Source: Yuukianura sp. NJ FZ-2021
Taxonomy: Eukaryota
Reading direction: 5' to 3'
DNA length: 64,000 nucleotides
NCBI GenBank assembly: GCA_046563655.1
Contig: CM102289.1
Location: 2,046,001-2,110,000 of the forward strand
Part shown: piece after piece, positions 36,934-49,700 of the stretch
Layout: the number at the start of each line of letters is the position of its first letter
Position numbering within the stretch: the stretch's first letter is position 1
Translations under genes and position numbers: made by a program
Notes under the pieces: model-generated
What the model was told of the DNA's origin: nothing
Database searches by the model: none
Seen by the model: the letters and a program-made list of their open reading frames with translations, nothing else

Positions 36934-38350
36934 CTAAGGTGGTGAAATTTGGAACTGTAGAAGCACAATGTTATATGTGAGGGCAGCACTCAAAATCTGA
37001 AAATCGACAGAAAATTAAAATTTTAAATTCAATATTTGAAAAAAATAACGTAAAATTAAGTTTAAATTTGTCAGACTTATGCGCTTTATAAATTTTGTTC
37101 TTACGGATGTGAGTAAAGACCTTTTGATTTTAAAAAATCCAAATGCCGTTAATTCAAAGTGTAAGTTGGATACCAAATCCTTCAAATAGAACAATCCATC
37201 CACATCCACTACTACAATTGGAGGGATGGTTGCGATTTTTTCAACCAAAGAATTTCTCTAAAAGAGAAAAGACATAAAAACGAGTGCTCAAAAAGTTTTT
37301 GTGTTGAAATTAATCAAAAATTTTGAATTTTTTTTATACCCTATTAGTGAGGCAGCCTCCACAATTGACGATCCACAGCAGCTCCAACAGTAAGATTCCA
37401 ATTTGGATAAAATGAACAAAGTACAGAAACGGGAAAAGACTTAAAACTGTTGTAATTGTGTTGCAAGTGTGAAAGAATTGAATAGTGAAAGTGAACGCAG
37501 CAAAGCCAAGCTGAATACCAAGTAATAACTGAAAAGTGTTCGAAAATTGATCAAAACAAATTTTGATTCGTATTATTTCAGCGGCAGCGGCATAAAAATC
37601 AAAATTTGTTGGAACGTTTCTTTTGCGCCACATGTGGTTTTCTAGATTTTTGCAAATTTCTATTTTACTTTTTGGATACAGTGACTTTTCGATGGCAAGT
37701 AGACGACGCTCGAGCATTGACGTTACCATGGTAACTACAGCCGTGAGAAAGAAAAATATACATTCAGTGAAAAACGAAAATACATGTAATAAAACTTTCA
37801 AAATTTGAACGTTCACGGGTACGCCAAAGACGTTATAAAATTTGATGCGGGAAAGCGTGACTCGCCGTGTAGCAGTGTACAACCGAACGAAAAAACGAAC
37901 TACGGCTAATAAACTAGGAGCAGTTAGCCTGAACAGTTGGTAGCCAGTATATGTAGAACTAAATTTCTTGTTTTGAATTTGTTCTAAAACTGTTCTGAAC
38001 AACTTAAGAATTCGCGGTAGTGTGAAGATGTAAGCCAAGTACATAGTAAGCCCGTGAGACAAACTAATATAAAAGAACAACTGAATTATCTTGTAGTTGT
38101 AGGAAGTTAGTAGTATCGAAGTTTTATTTGCATTGGCTATTTTGTTTGCAATTGCGAAAAACGGGATTGTAAGTGAGAATGAAATGACGTTGACACAGAA
38201 GAGAAGAATTGCCCAAATTACGTAAGGACGGCTCCACCTTAAATCAAATGATGCACAATTCTTAGATTTTGAAACTGGAAATATTCCAATAACTGCTCCA
38301 AATCTAGCTAAAATTTGAATCAATTTCAATTCTGAAACCGCAATTGCCAT
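36934..38350 (-). CDS. Gustatory receptor, type A copy 2
   Basis: Close paralog of 32701-34098; three exons; TYNIVLLQF. Confidence 0.88.
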
Positions 38351-38845
38351 TTCTACAAGATGTTGTATAGTGCGTCTTGCTGTGCAACCGGAAAGTAAAT
38401 TGAGATAAAACTTTCACTTCTTTCGATACTAGTAATGGAGTGAAGTAAAAGGTAAATACACAATTCATGTTCCTCTTTATGAAACTTTCTTTTCCAAAAC
38501 TGGGAAAAAGAAACTGTCACTTTTGAAATTAAAAGCCATGGTAAATTATCACAATGAAAACAAAATTTGATCGTAAGCTTTACTAATGTTTACGTAGTTC
38601 TCAACAACAAAGAAAGTAGTTTATGCCAATAATGGACAAATTTCGCTAAAGTTTATTTTTCCAACCAATTGAAAACGTAAAGCAAACATATAAAGTACAA
38701 ATATGTTACTTTTTTAGAGCACGCGGTAGTAAGTATTTCCATTGTTGCATGTTATGTGCGGTTGAACATACAACTTCTATTTTTTTCCATTACTTAGTTT
38801 TTTTTTAATTCTGATACAAATGTGTCTATTGACAAACGACGAGGC

Positions 38846-40259
38846 TTAAGGCGGTGAAAGTTGGAACTGGAAAAGCACAATGTTATATGTTACTACTGCA
38901 CTCAAAATCTAAAAATTTAATGAAGAAAAATTTTATTTTCATTTTTTTTCAAATTATTTTCAAACTAAACGTATATGTTAAATTCTATACTTACGGATGT
39001 TAGTAGTGACCTTTTGATTTTGAAAAACCCAAATACAGTTAGTTCCAAATGTACGTTGGATACTAAATTGTTTAAATAAGACAATCCTTCGACATCTGAC
39101 ACCAGCATGGGCGGAATACTTGAAACCTTCTCAGCCAGCAAATTTCTCTAAATATTTGTTTGTAACATCGATTTTTTTATGTAAAAAGTTTCAAAAATTT
39201 TCTCAATTTTCCAAGCTCAAAATTTTCAAAAAAAAATCAAAAAGCGTGATTTGTTACCCTTGTTGTTAAGCAGCTTCCGCAATTTACTGCCCAAAGTAGT
39301 TGTAATGACAATGTTCCAATGTTAATGAAATTGACGACATACATGAAAGGATAGATTACTAATTCGGTTTCAAATGTGTCGAAGAAATGGAACGAATGAA
39401 TAGTGAATGCCATTGTGCCAAAAACTATGTGAATGCCAAGAAGCAACTTAACAATTTCTGAAAATTGTGCAAAAGAAACTTTGATTCGAATAATTTCGGC
39501 TGCGGCAGTGTGAAAAGCATATTTTGTGCAAAAGTTCCTCCTATGCCACAGATTTTCCAAAGTTTTGCAAATTTCCAGTTCTTTTTCTGGAGGCAGTGAC
39601 TCTTCTACTGCAAGAAGCCGATTTTCAATAATTGACGTTACCAAGGTAACCAGTGCAACCACATAGAGCACTACACATTCAGTCAAGCATGTAACTACTA
39701 TGTACGTGATTTTTAAAATTTGAACATTCACGAAAACGCCCAAAACGGGGTAAAATTTTTGTTCAGAAGAGTTAACTTTGCCTACAGCTGTGTACAACGC
39801 AACTACAAAGCGAATAGAAAAAAGTAAAATAGGTGCAGCTAGTTTAAGCAGTTGCCGCATAGTGTAAATACGTCCAAATTTTTTGTTCTGAACGTGATCA
39901 CCTATTGTTGTAAACAATTTTAAAATTCGCGGTAGTGTAAAAATGTAGGCCACGTATGTGCTGAGTTTGTAACCTAAGCTAACGTAAAAGAACAGTTGAA
40001 CTATTTTGCGGTTAAATGCAGTGAGTCTAGACGTTTTGTAAAATGCTGTGTTATTTTCAGTTCCAACGAATGGAATTGACAGTGGTAGTGAAATAGCGTT
40101 AACACAAAAAAGAAAAATTGCCCAAACTCCATAAGGAGAACTCCATTTTAACTCAACATTGGCTGAATTGTAAAAACTTTTAACTGGGAAAATGCCAGCG
40201 AGCGAGCCAAAACGAACCAAAGCTTGAAGCAAAGCAAACTCTGAAACAGCAATTGCCAT
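38846..40259 (-). CDS. Gustatory receptor, type B
   Basis: Three exons; LELTVFGFFKIKRSLLTS; ILSAVVTYNIVLFQFQLSPP*. Confidence 0.88.
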
Positions 40260-41051
40260 TTTTCTAAGAATGTAGTTGAAAACACGTTATTTTTTCGTAG
40301 AATCTTGTGGAAAATGAACACGTTTTTTTTGTTGAAAAAAAAGCAATGAAGTGTCAAATCCCTCTGATACTAGGGACTACTGAAATTGAAATACTCGACT
40401 CTTGTTCGTCTCGTATTATTTCGAGTCTCCATTGCTTTCATCAAGTTGCCATTTTTGAAAAAAACTTGACATTATACGAATTTTGAAAAAAAATAAATTT
40501 CATCATTCACTTAAATATGTTTGCATAACAAGTGGAATGACTTGTAGAATTAATGCCGCTTTCAAACCTTACACAAAATTAAGAAAACTAAAAAGCATCA
40601 AATTTCTTAAGGTGAGAGCCTTTTAGAATTTTACCAATTCACTTTTCCTTTCTCCGTGAACGAAAAACTTTGCTGAAAAGTGGCGAACTTCTTTAAGTTA
40701 TTTAGTTTTGGCAAACAAAAATTTGCTACTATTTCTTAAAGTAACTTTGCCACTTTATTGCCAAAGATGATTCAAAGGAATTAGTTTATTTTGGAGCCAG
40801 CGCTGGCAGCGACGCCCGTAAAGCAAACATAAAGAAGGAAGCTATAAATTTTTTTCACACCACGCGGTACTAATATAAGTATTTCCATTTGCCTGTTGTG
40901 TTAGCATTGAACATCCAAATTCAAATTCAACTTTTATTTTCTTCCATTACCTAATTTTTTTAACCTAATACAAAGATCATAAAACAACAAAATGTAACAC
41001 TGTAATGACACAAAAGAATGATGTAAACACAAACGTGTTTGACGACCAGGC

Positions 41052-42461
41052 TTAAGGCGGTGAAATTCGAAACTGGAGCAGCACAATGTTATACGTTACA
41101 ACAGCACTCAAAATCTAAAATTAGAACAAAGAAAAATTATACTTTGAAATTTCTTTTAAACTTATTATGTTAAATAAGTGCTTTACTTACGGATGTCAGT
41201 AGTGATCTTTTGATGTTGAAAAACCCAAATACAGTTAGTTCCAAATGCACTTTTGACACTAAATTGCTCAAATAAGACAATCCTTCCAAATCTGCCACCA
41301 GCATGGGCGGAATACTTGCAATTTTCTCAGCCAGCAAGTTTTTCTAAAGATTTGTTTATAATAAGTTATTATAAACACCCATTTTTGACATCTCTGATAA
41401 TGACGAGTAAACAGTTAAGGTCAAAATTTTAGAAAAAATCAAAAAATTCTTTTTGTTACCCTTGTTATCAAGCAGTTCCCGCAATTGACGGCCCAAAGAA
41501 GTTGCAAAAACAAAGTGCTAATGCTAATGAAATTTATTACGTAGCGGAGAGAGTAAATGGGTATTGATGCTGTTAATGTGGTGAAAACGTGAAATGAATT
41601 TATAGTGAATTCGATTGTGCCAAAAACTATCTGAATTCCAAGAAGCAACTGAACAATTTTCAGAAATTTTGCAAAAGAGATTCTGATTCGAACAATTTCG
41701 GCTGCAGCGGCGTGAAATGAAAATTTTGTGCGAAAGTTCCTCTTCTGCCAAAGATTTTCCAAAGTTTGGCAAATTTCCACTCCATCTTCTGGCGGTAGTG
41801 ACTCTTCTACTACAAGAAGCCGTCGTTCAATAATTGACGTTACCAAGGTAACCAGTGCAACTACAAAGAGCACTACGCATTCACTCAAGCACGTAACTAC
41901 TATGTACATGGTTTTTAGAATGCTAGTATCCATGGAAATGCCAAAAACGGAGTAAACTTTTTGTTCCGAAGGCATAAGCCTACGTGCAACGTTGTACTGC
42001 AGAATTAGAAAGCGAACAACAAAAAGCAAAAGAGGAGCAGCCAGTTTAAATAGTTGCCACAAATTGTAACTTCGTCCAAATTTTTTGTTCTGAACGTGAT
42101 CAAACATTGTTCTAAACAACTTAAAAATTCGAAAGATTGAAAATATATAGGCCACGTATAAGCTTAGTTTGTGACATAGTCCGACGTAGAAGAACAGTTG
42201 CAGGATTGTGAGGTTATATGCAGTGAGTTTGGCCGAATTGTAAAATGTCGTGTTATTTTCAGCTGCTACAAATGGAATTGACAGTGTGCCTGAAATTGCG
42301 GTAACACAAAAAATAAAAATTGCCCAAACTCCATAAGGAACACTCCATTTTAATTCAAATTTGGTTGAATTGTGGAAATTTTGAACTGGGAAAATGCCAG
42401 CGAGCGAACCAAAACAAACCAACGCTTGAAGCAAACCAAATTCTGAAACAGCAAATGGCAT
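41052..42461 (-). CDS. Gustatory receptor, type B paralog
   Basis: Three exons; TYNIVLLQF; close paralog of 38846-40259 including flanks. Confidence 0.88.
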
Positions 42462-43754
42462 TCTTTTTAAGAATCTTGTTCAAAATGCACAATTTTGTTT
42501 TGTTTAAGAAATGAACTGAAGTTTTTAATGCCTTTAATACTAGTGACACTGACAACTAAAATTGAAATATTCGACGCTTGCCCGTCGCGTGGAATTTCGA
42601 GTCTCTATCGTTCTCATCAAAGTTTCATTTTAAAAAAGACTTTTGGCAATATATGAGTTAGTTTTGAAAAAAAGTAATTTCATGATTCGCTTACCTACGT
42701 TTGCATAACAAGTGAAATGGCATTGCAAAACTAAAGCCGCTTTCAAACCATACACGAAATTAAGAAAACTAAAAATTATGAAATTTTTAATGACGAAGCT
42801 TTTAGAATTTTACCAATTTTCCTTTCTCCTTTCTCCATGAACCAAAAACTTTGTTGAAAAGTGGCGGCTTTAAAGTTTATATCATTTAGTTTCAGCAAAC
42901 AAAAAGGATTTTTTAAAGTAACTTTGCTACTGAATAACAATGAAAATACCGGCACTGCTGATATTAATAAATATAATGGAATGATAAGTTAGTTTTTAAT
43001 ATGTACACAGAATTTATATCCGGAATGATCAATTTGTAACATGCGTTACAGCCAACAATCGAATTTTGAAGCTAATGAAACTTTAACAAGATTTGTGAAA
43101 TTTCTGTTGCACGAGTTCAGTATTTATACTGGAATAAGGCAGGGGGTCATTAGCATTAGGGAAAATGGAATCGCGTTTTCCAAGAAACAAAAAAAAATGG
43201 ATTTTACGTTCACATATGTAATTAGTAACCTTACTTTGAACTTAAAGGATTGAAGTTGAAATAAAAACAAAAATTCCCAACCCGAAATTTAAAATTTCTT
43301 AGGAATTTATACTAAAATTTATACGTGATATATACTAACGAGGATGTGAATCACATTCTCGCTGGAGATGCGCTCGCTTTTTGAAAAGTGTACCGCCTTT
43401 ATACAGTTGGATGAAACAAACGTGGTTATGCGTCACCGTCATTTTTGAGGGTTATGGTGCTTACTCATCTTCAAAAGTTCAGATTTTGTGCAATTCGCAC
43501 TTACCTGTCACAAAATTAATATCAAGGTGATAATATCCACTGGATAAGATTAGTATTTTTTTTATTGTCAATGCTGGATATGATGACAACTTTGTAAGAT
43601 TTGTAAATCATGTTTCCTATTTATTACAAAACCTTTTAGTTATTATCCCTCATTTTGCCTTTGGGTCACCGCGTAGTTAGACACGACGAGAAAACGCAAA
43701 TTCTGCCTAGCGTTTTTGAAATTTTAAATTTGTCTGGTGATTGGTGTAGCCATC

Positions 43755-46700
43755 ATGGGCGTTTTTCAAAAGTTGAAGCTCCTCTTATGGAAGAACTACA
43801 CGCTTCAAAAGCGACATAAAATTCAAACTGTAGTTGAACTTGTGACGCCCGTCATCTTCACGACTCTGCTAATTCTGTTTCGCATTATCATTCCATCTGA
43901 ACCTCATCCTCAACCTACGACATACATTCCATTTAGACCAGATGCATTTCCAGAAACAAGCATTTATCCTACAGCATTGTATCTGAACTTCAAGTAAGTT
44001 GAGCAAAACAGTTTTCCATGAAAGTTGCGTACACTGATGTACTGAAAGTTTCAAATTAAGTTTTTCCTAAAATTTCGTTGTGAATTTCAGAAACACGCTG
44101 CTCTTCAGTCCAAACCACCCTGAAACAGAGAAAGTCATGGACAGAGTGCGAGAACGCTTTCAGTCACTCCTCAGACCCGAATTTAATAAACAAAACGTCG
44201 CCATTAAAAGTAAGCATGCGTGGGACAATTGTGCCCACATTCCCGCCAGTTTTAAATTGACTAATTAGATTTCGAATTTCAGCAATTGCGTTTGCAACTG
44301 AAGCAGAGTTGGAGGAGTACTACAACGGCCTTGACCCTGAAAGTGATGTTAAAGTTATTGCAGGAGTTGTTTTTACCAGTGACATGACCAACCTCGCTGA
44401 AACGGAGGTAAATTAAAAATTTGACATAAATAAATTTCAAATTTGTTAAGTGGAAAAATTAAAATTTTCAATTTTTACTTAAGTGTAAGTTTCAAAAAGT
44501 CATGTGCTGTGGCCGACGTCAACGGGAAATTAGTAACCGAGAACAATATAACATGATGGCAGTGATTAGTAATCTCTATGGCACGTTAAGTGCATGATTT
44601 TTAGTGTCATAATGAAAATATATCTCAAAAAAAGTAACGACAGACCCATAACATAATCTTTAACTGACGCCAATTTACACATTATAAAAGTGTATACATC
44701 CTAAACTTAAAATATGAAAAAACTAAAAAAATGAAAGCGTTGAAATTTTTTTTTGAAAATTTCTCTATCTTTTTTGAAAATTGCAGTACAAAATCCGATT
44801 TCCGGCCAAACATACTGTCTACGGAGGATCAGGGGATGAAGATGATGAAGTGTGGTACACACAGTTGACATACCCGTTGTTCCAGATCCTGGGACCCAGA
44901 AGCCCATCGGACCAATACGGAGGAATACCACGTAAGTTCACATATTGTTAAAATTTCACTACTTAAAATTTTGGAATTTACAATATTCTGCCAAGCAAAC
45001 TTAAAATTGCCGAGCACTGATCATGAAATTCTTTTTTTTCGGTTTTAGATTACTACCGTGAAGGCTTTTTGTATCTGCAGTATGCCGTAGACGAGTCAGT
45101 TGCAGCGGAACTTATAAATCCCACTTCGGAGTTGGACTATAATCCATTTAGGTCACAGTTCAACGTCGTTCTGAACCGGTACCCTTATCCTCCGTACATT
45201 TTCGACGTGTTCCTTGTTGCACTTCAATCGTGGATCCCCTTCTTCCTCATGCTCTCATTCATCTACTGTGTCATCAACATTACCAAAAATGTTGTTTATG
45301 AAAAGGAACGGAGGCTCAAGGTTAATATACTCAACATTTTTAGAATCGACCAATCAGCGCTCTCTGTTTTAAACGTTTTTTTGATTCGTCCGCAGGAGTC
45401 GATGAAGATGATGGGGCTACCGAACTACCTTCACTGGACAGCATGGTTCCTCAAAGCGTTTGTTTTTATGCTCTTCTCTTGCATCGTTATGACTATTTTG
45501 TTTAAGGTAAGCTAGAAATCGTTAAAAAAAAATTTCGAATTGAAAAAAAAGTTGTTTTTATTTGAAAATTTTAGGTCAAATTTTATGAAGGTGGAACGAT
45601 GGGGGTGATTTCATACACGGACGGCACGATTTTCTTCCTGTTTTTATTTTCTTACACCTTGTCCATAATCGCTCTCAGTTTTTTCATTTCGACACTCTTT
45701 TCAACAGGTACAATTTAGCACATTTTGAAAAGTTTTCTACTTTGAACAAATTGGAAAAAAATCAAAATTCTGAAATTAGCACTTTGAAATTTTGACTTTT
45801 AGCCAACAGTGCATCTACTGCTGCCGGAGTGATCTTCTTCGCTACATACATTCCTTATGTGTTTCTGAAACCGAGATACAATGACATGACGAGAGCAACG
45901 AAGATGCTGACAGCACTTCTTCCTAATACTGCAATGTCATACTGTGCCCAAATTATTTCACAATTTGAAGGGACTGGAATTGGTGTGCAATGGGACACAA
46001 TTGCTTTAGGATCATCGCCCGACGACACCCTTTCACTTCTGGACTGTATCGTCATGCTATTTTTTGACACAGTTTTGTTACTTATTCTAACGTTTTACAT
46101 TGAAGGAGTGTGGCCTGGAGAATACGGAGTTCCACTACCATGGTACTTTCCATTCACGGTAAGATGAAAAAAAATTAAAAGTGCTTTTTGAAAACGCTTG
46201 AAGTTTCAAAATGAGATTGAGTAATTTTGAAGTTTTGAGTTTAGTTGAATTTTGGGTTTGTTTTTTCTTGTCAACAAAACGTAATGAATGTTTTTTTTTT
46301 TTTAGAAATCTTATTGGGTTGGAGCTAAAGTGGGGCCGACGCATGCGCATGATTCCGATTTTGCATCAACGATACAACAGTCGAAATACTTTGAAAAGGA
46401 ACCTGCTTCAGGAAAAGTTGGAATCAGGATTGATAACTTAAGAAAAGTTTTTGGAAAAACTGTAGCAGTCGATGGAATGTCAATCAGGATGTACGAAAAT
46501 CAAATCACGGCACTTCTGGGTAATTAAATCCAGATCATAAAAACTGTCCATCAACAAACTTGTGTAAAATTTCAGTAGAATTTGAGATTTGATTCATGCC
46601 AAATTTACTTAATAAAATCAATTGTGGTTTCAGGTCACAACGGAGCCGGAAAAACAACGACAATGTCCATGCTTACAGGTAAAGTCACTCAAAAACAAAA

Positions 46701-49700
46701 TTTTTATTCAACTTTTTGAAACTTGGTTTTTGAATTCCAATTTTGAACTTCTTAACATAATGGCTTATGTGCAGGTCTCTTCCCGTCTTCTTCAGGGACA
46801 GCATACGTCAATGGGTATAACATAAAATCTGAAATGGACCAAGTTCGTGGGTCGCTCGGAATTTGCCCACAACATGACATTCTCTTCGACGAACTCACTG
46901 TAGAAGAACACATAAAATTCTTTGCACTGGTGAACTAACATCTTCCAAAATTTTGAAAAACACAAATTTTGATAAACTTTTCAAATTTTGTATAGTTGAA
47001 AGGTATGAATCCTCGTCAAGTACCAGCCGAGGTAGACAGAATGGTACGTGCAGTCGGTCTTGAGCCAAAACGCAAAACGGAATCGCAAAAACTAAGCGGC
47101 GGAATGAAACGGAAACTGTCAGTGGCCATTGCACTTTGTGCAGACTCTGCAGTTGTACTGCTCGACGAACCCACCTCAGGTAATCCTCGTTTCAAAATAT
47201 TTCAAAAATTTTCAAAATTTTGAGAAGCCTTAAACTGGAGTTTCTCAATGCAGGAATGGATCCCGGAGCAAGGAGATTCATTTGGGATTTGCTTCAGGAA
47301 GAAAAGAAAAATCGGACGATTGTGCTCAGCACGCATTTCATGGACGAAGCAGATTTGCTCGGAGACCGAATCGCAATCATGTCACATGGAAAAGTACAAT
47401 GTGTCGGTTCATCATTGTTTTTGAAAAAAGTTTACGGTATTTCAAAATTTGAAAAAAAAAACTCTGGCCCTCGGAACTTTGCCAAAGTTAGTATGAATAT
47501 TGTATTTTTTTTTGTTGTTAGGTGGTGGCTATCACTTAATCATAGTAAAAGAACCGAAATGCTCAGTTGACGCTATAACTGAAGTTCTGCGCAAGACCAT
47601 TCCGGATGCAGAAGTTGAACAGAACGTTGGAGCCGAACTGAGTTACTCCCTGCCAGATTCAAAATCACACATTTTTCCGATCATGTTCAAAGAACTTGAA
47701 GATCGACGTACTGAACTCGGAATTGCATCTTATGGAGCCAGTATCACTACGATGGAAGAAGTTTTTATGAAAGTAGGACACATGGCTGAAGAAGCAGCGA
47801 CATCTAGCGGAAACAGCCCAAACTCTAACAGAAAACAACACATTTCAATTGAAACTCTTCAAAAGTACAAGTTGTACGAAAACGGCGGGAAAAGAAACGA
47901 AGGCATTCATCTCATGTGGCAGCAGTTCAAAGGAATGTTCATCAAGAAAATGTTGTACGCCATGCGCAATCGCGTACTTCTTACTTTCCAGGTAACAAAC
48001 TTCTTACCGTAGTACAGTGGATTCTCTAAATAAGGGAAAAAATCACGATTGGAGGATTGGTAGTAGGCGCCTCCCCAGTACCGTAAGATTTCTGGTAAAC
48101 GGTCAGTTATATGGAATTTAAGGCTAGGAACACCATTCTAATGAAAATTTCCTGTTTCGAAGTTCAGAGTATATAATTAATATTAATATACATAATATTC
48201 ATATATTAATGCTAATTATATGTGATATCTATATACTAATCAATATTATATGGTATATTATATGCAAATTGCGTTGAATGTCACCCTTATTAAACAGGTT
48301 ATATAATATAATATATTATATACACTGCGCTGTTGCGCAGGTTGTGCGCTGTTGCGCAGGTTGTGCGCTGTTGCGCAGGTTGTGCGCTGTTGCGCAGGTT
48401 GTGCGCTGTTGCGCAGGTTGTGCGCTGTTGCGCAGGTTGTGCGCTGTTGCGCAGGTTGTGCGCTGTTGCGCAGTTTGTGCGCAGATATATATATATATAT
48501 TAATATTAGTTAATTCCATTTAATTATCTAATTACTTTTGTTTTGCACCAAAAAAAATTAACCAAAAAAAAAAACAATCGTAAAAAATAAGCCGATAAAC
48601 TGAAACATACGTTCCCTCCAAAATTAAAACTTTACGGTACCGCGACTTCGAGTGAAACTGAGAAAGAGGAGGAGCTCCTGTCCCTTATTTAGAGAATCCA
48701 CTGTACTTGAACAGTTGCAATCAAAAAATTTGAAATTTTGAATTTTGAATTTGAACAATTACAGATTTGAAAATTTGAATTTTTTAGACTGTTGTTCCCA
48801 TTTTCATTCTGGTTGTAACTTTGATCATGATCGAAACATTCCCTAGTGCTACTGATCCAGTGGACATGAGAATTGGTCTGGAGGTAAAACAAAATTACAA
48901 AATCTGAGAATTCAAAATTTTTCGAAATTTTTCGAAATTTGGTTTTATTTTTTGAAAACAGCAATACCGACTTGCCGGAGAGCTTGTGACGACCATGGCT
49001 TGTCCAGAAACTGAAGGCATTTGTAATGAATACAAAGGTTATGCAGATTCGCAAAGCAGTGTCAAATCTGTCGAAAATGTCACAAACTACATCATCGACA
49101 CGGTAATTGGCGCGAAAATTTTCAAATAAATTCAAAGCCCCATTTTTTAAATTTCTTCCTCTAAAATTCATTACACTCGTTTTTCAAAATTTGAGCATTT
49201 TAAAATTGGTTATGTTTTATTCCGTGTTTTAGGCAAAAGTTGATCTCGGAGCGGTAAACAACCGTCACATTTTAGCACTGGAGTACGCCGAAGATCCGTA
49301 TTTTGAACAAGATCTGTTTTCTAGCATTTCAAACCCCGTTTTAAGTGCGTTTTTCAACAACCAGCCTTACCATACTCCTCCACTCGCTCTAAATTTCTTG
49401 ACTACCGCAATGCTCCGAAATGTGTCCGAAATCGATTCGGCTTATTTCCGAGTCCACAACCACCCTCTACCATTGACTACTTTAGACGTACTGGAGGAAT
49501 CAACTTCTTATTCTGGAACAGGATTTCAAGTAGGATTGAACTTATCTTTTGGAATGGCATTCCTTGCAGCATCTTTCGTAGTTTTTCTCATCAAAGAGAG
49601 ACAAACGAGATCAAAACATCTTCAGTTTGTATCTGGAGTAGATTTTCCGCTCTTTTGGCTCGCCCACTTTGCATTCGATGTGATCAACTACTTAATTCCA

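Noticed and set aside
48278..48523. Cys-rich ORFs on both strands, or a CRISPR-like array
   Set aside because: These are translations of a 19-bp tandem repeat with no spacers, inside a MITE in an intron.
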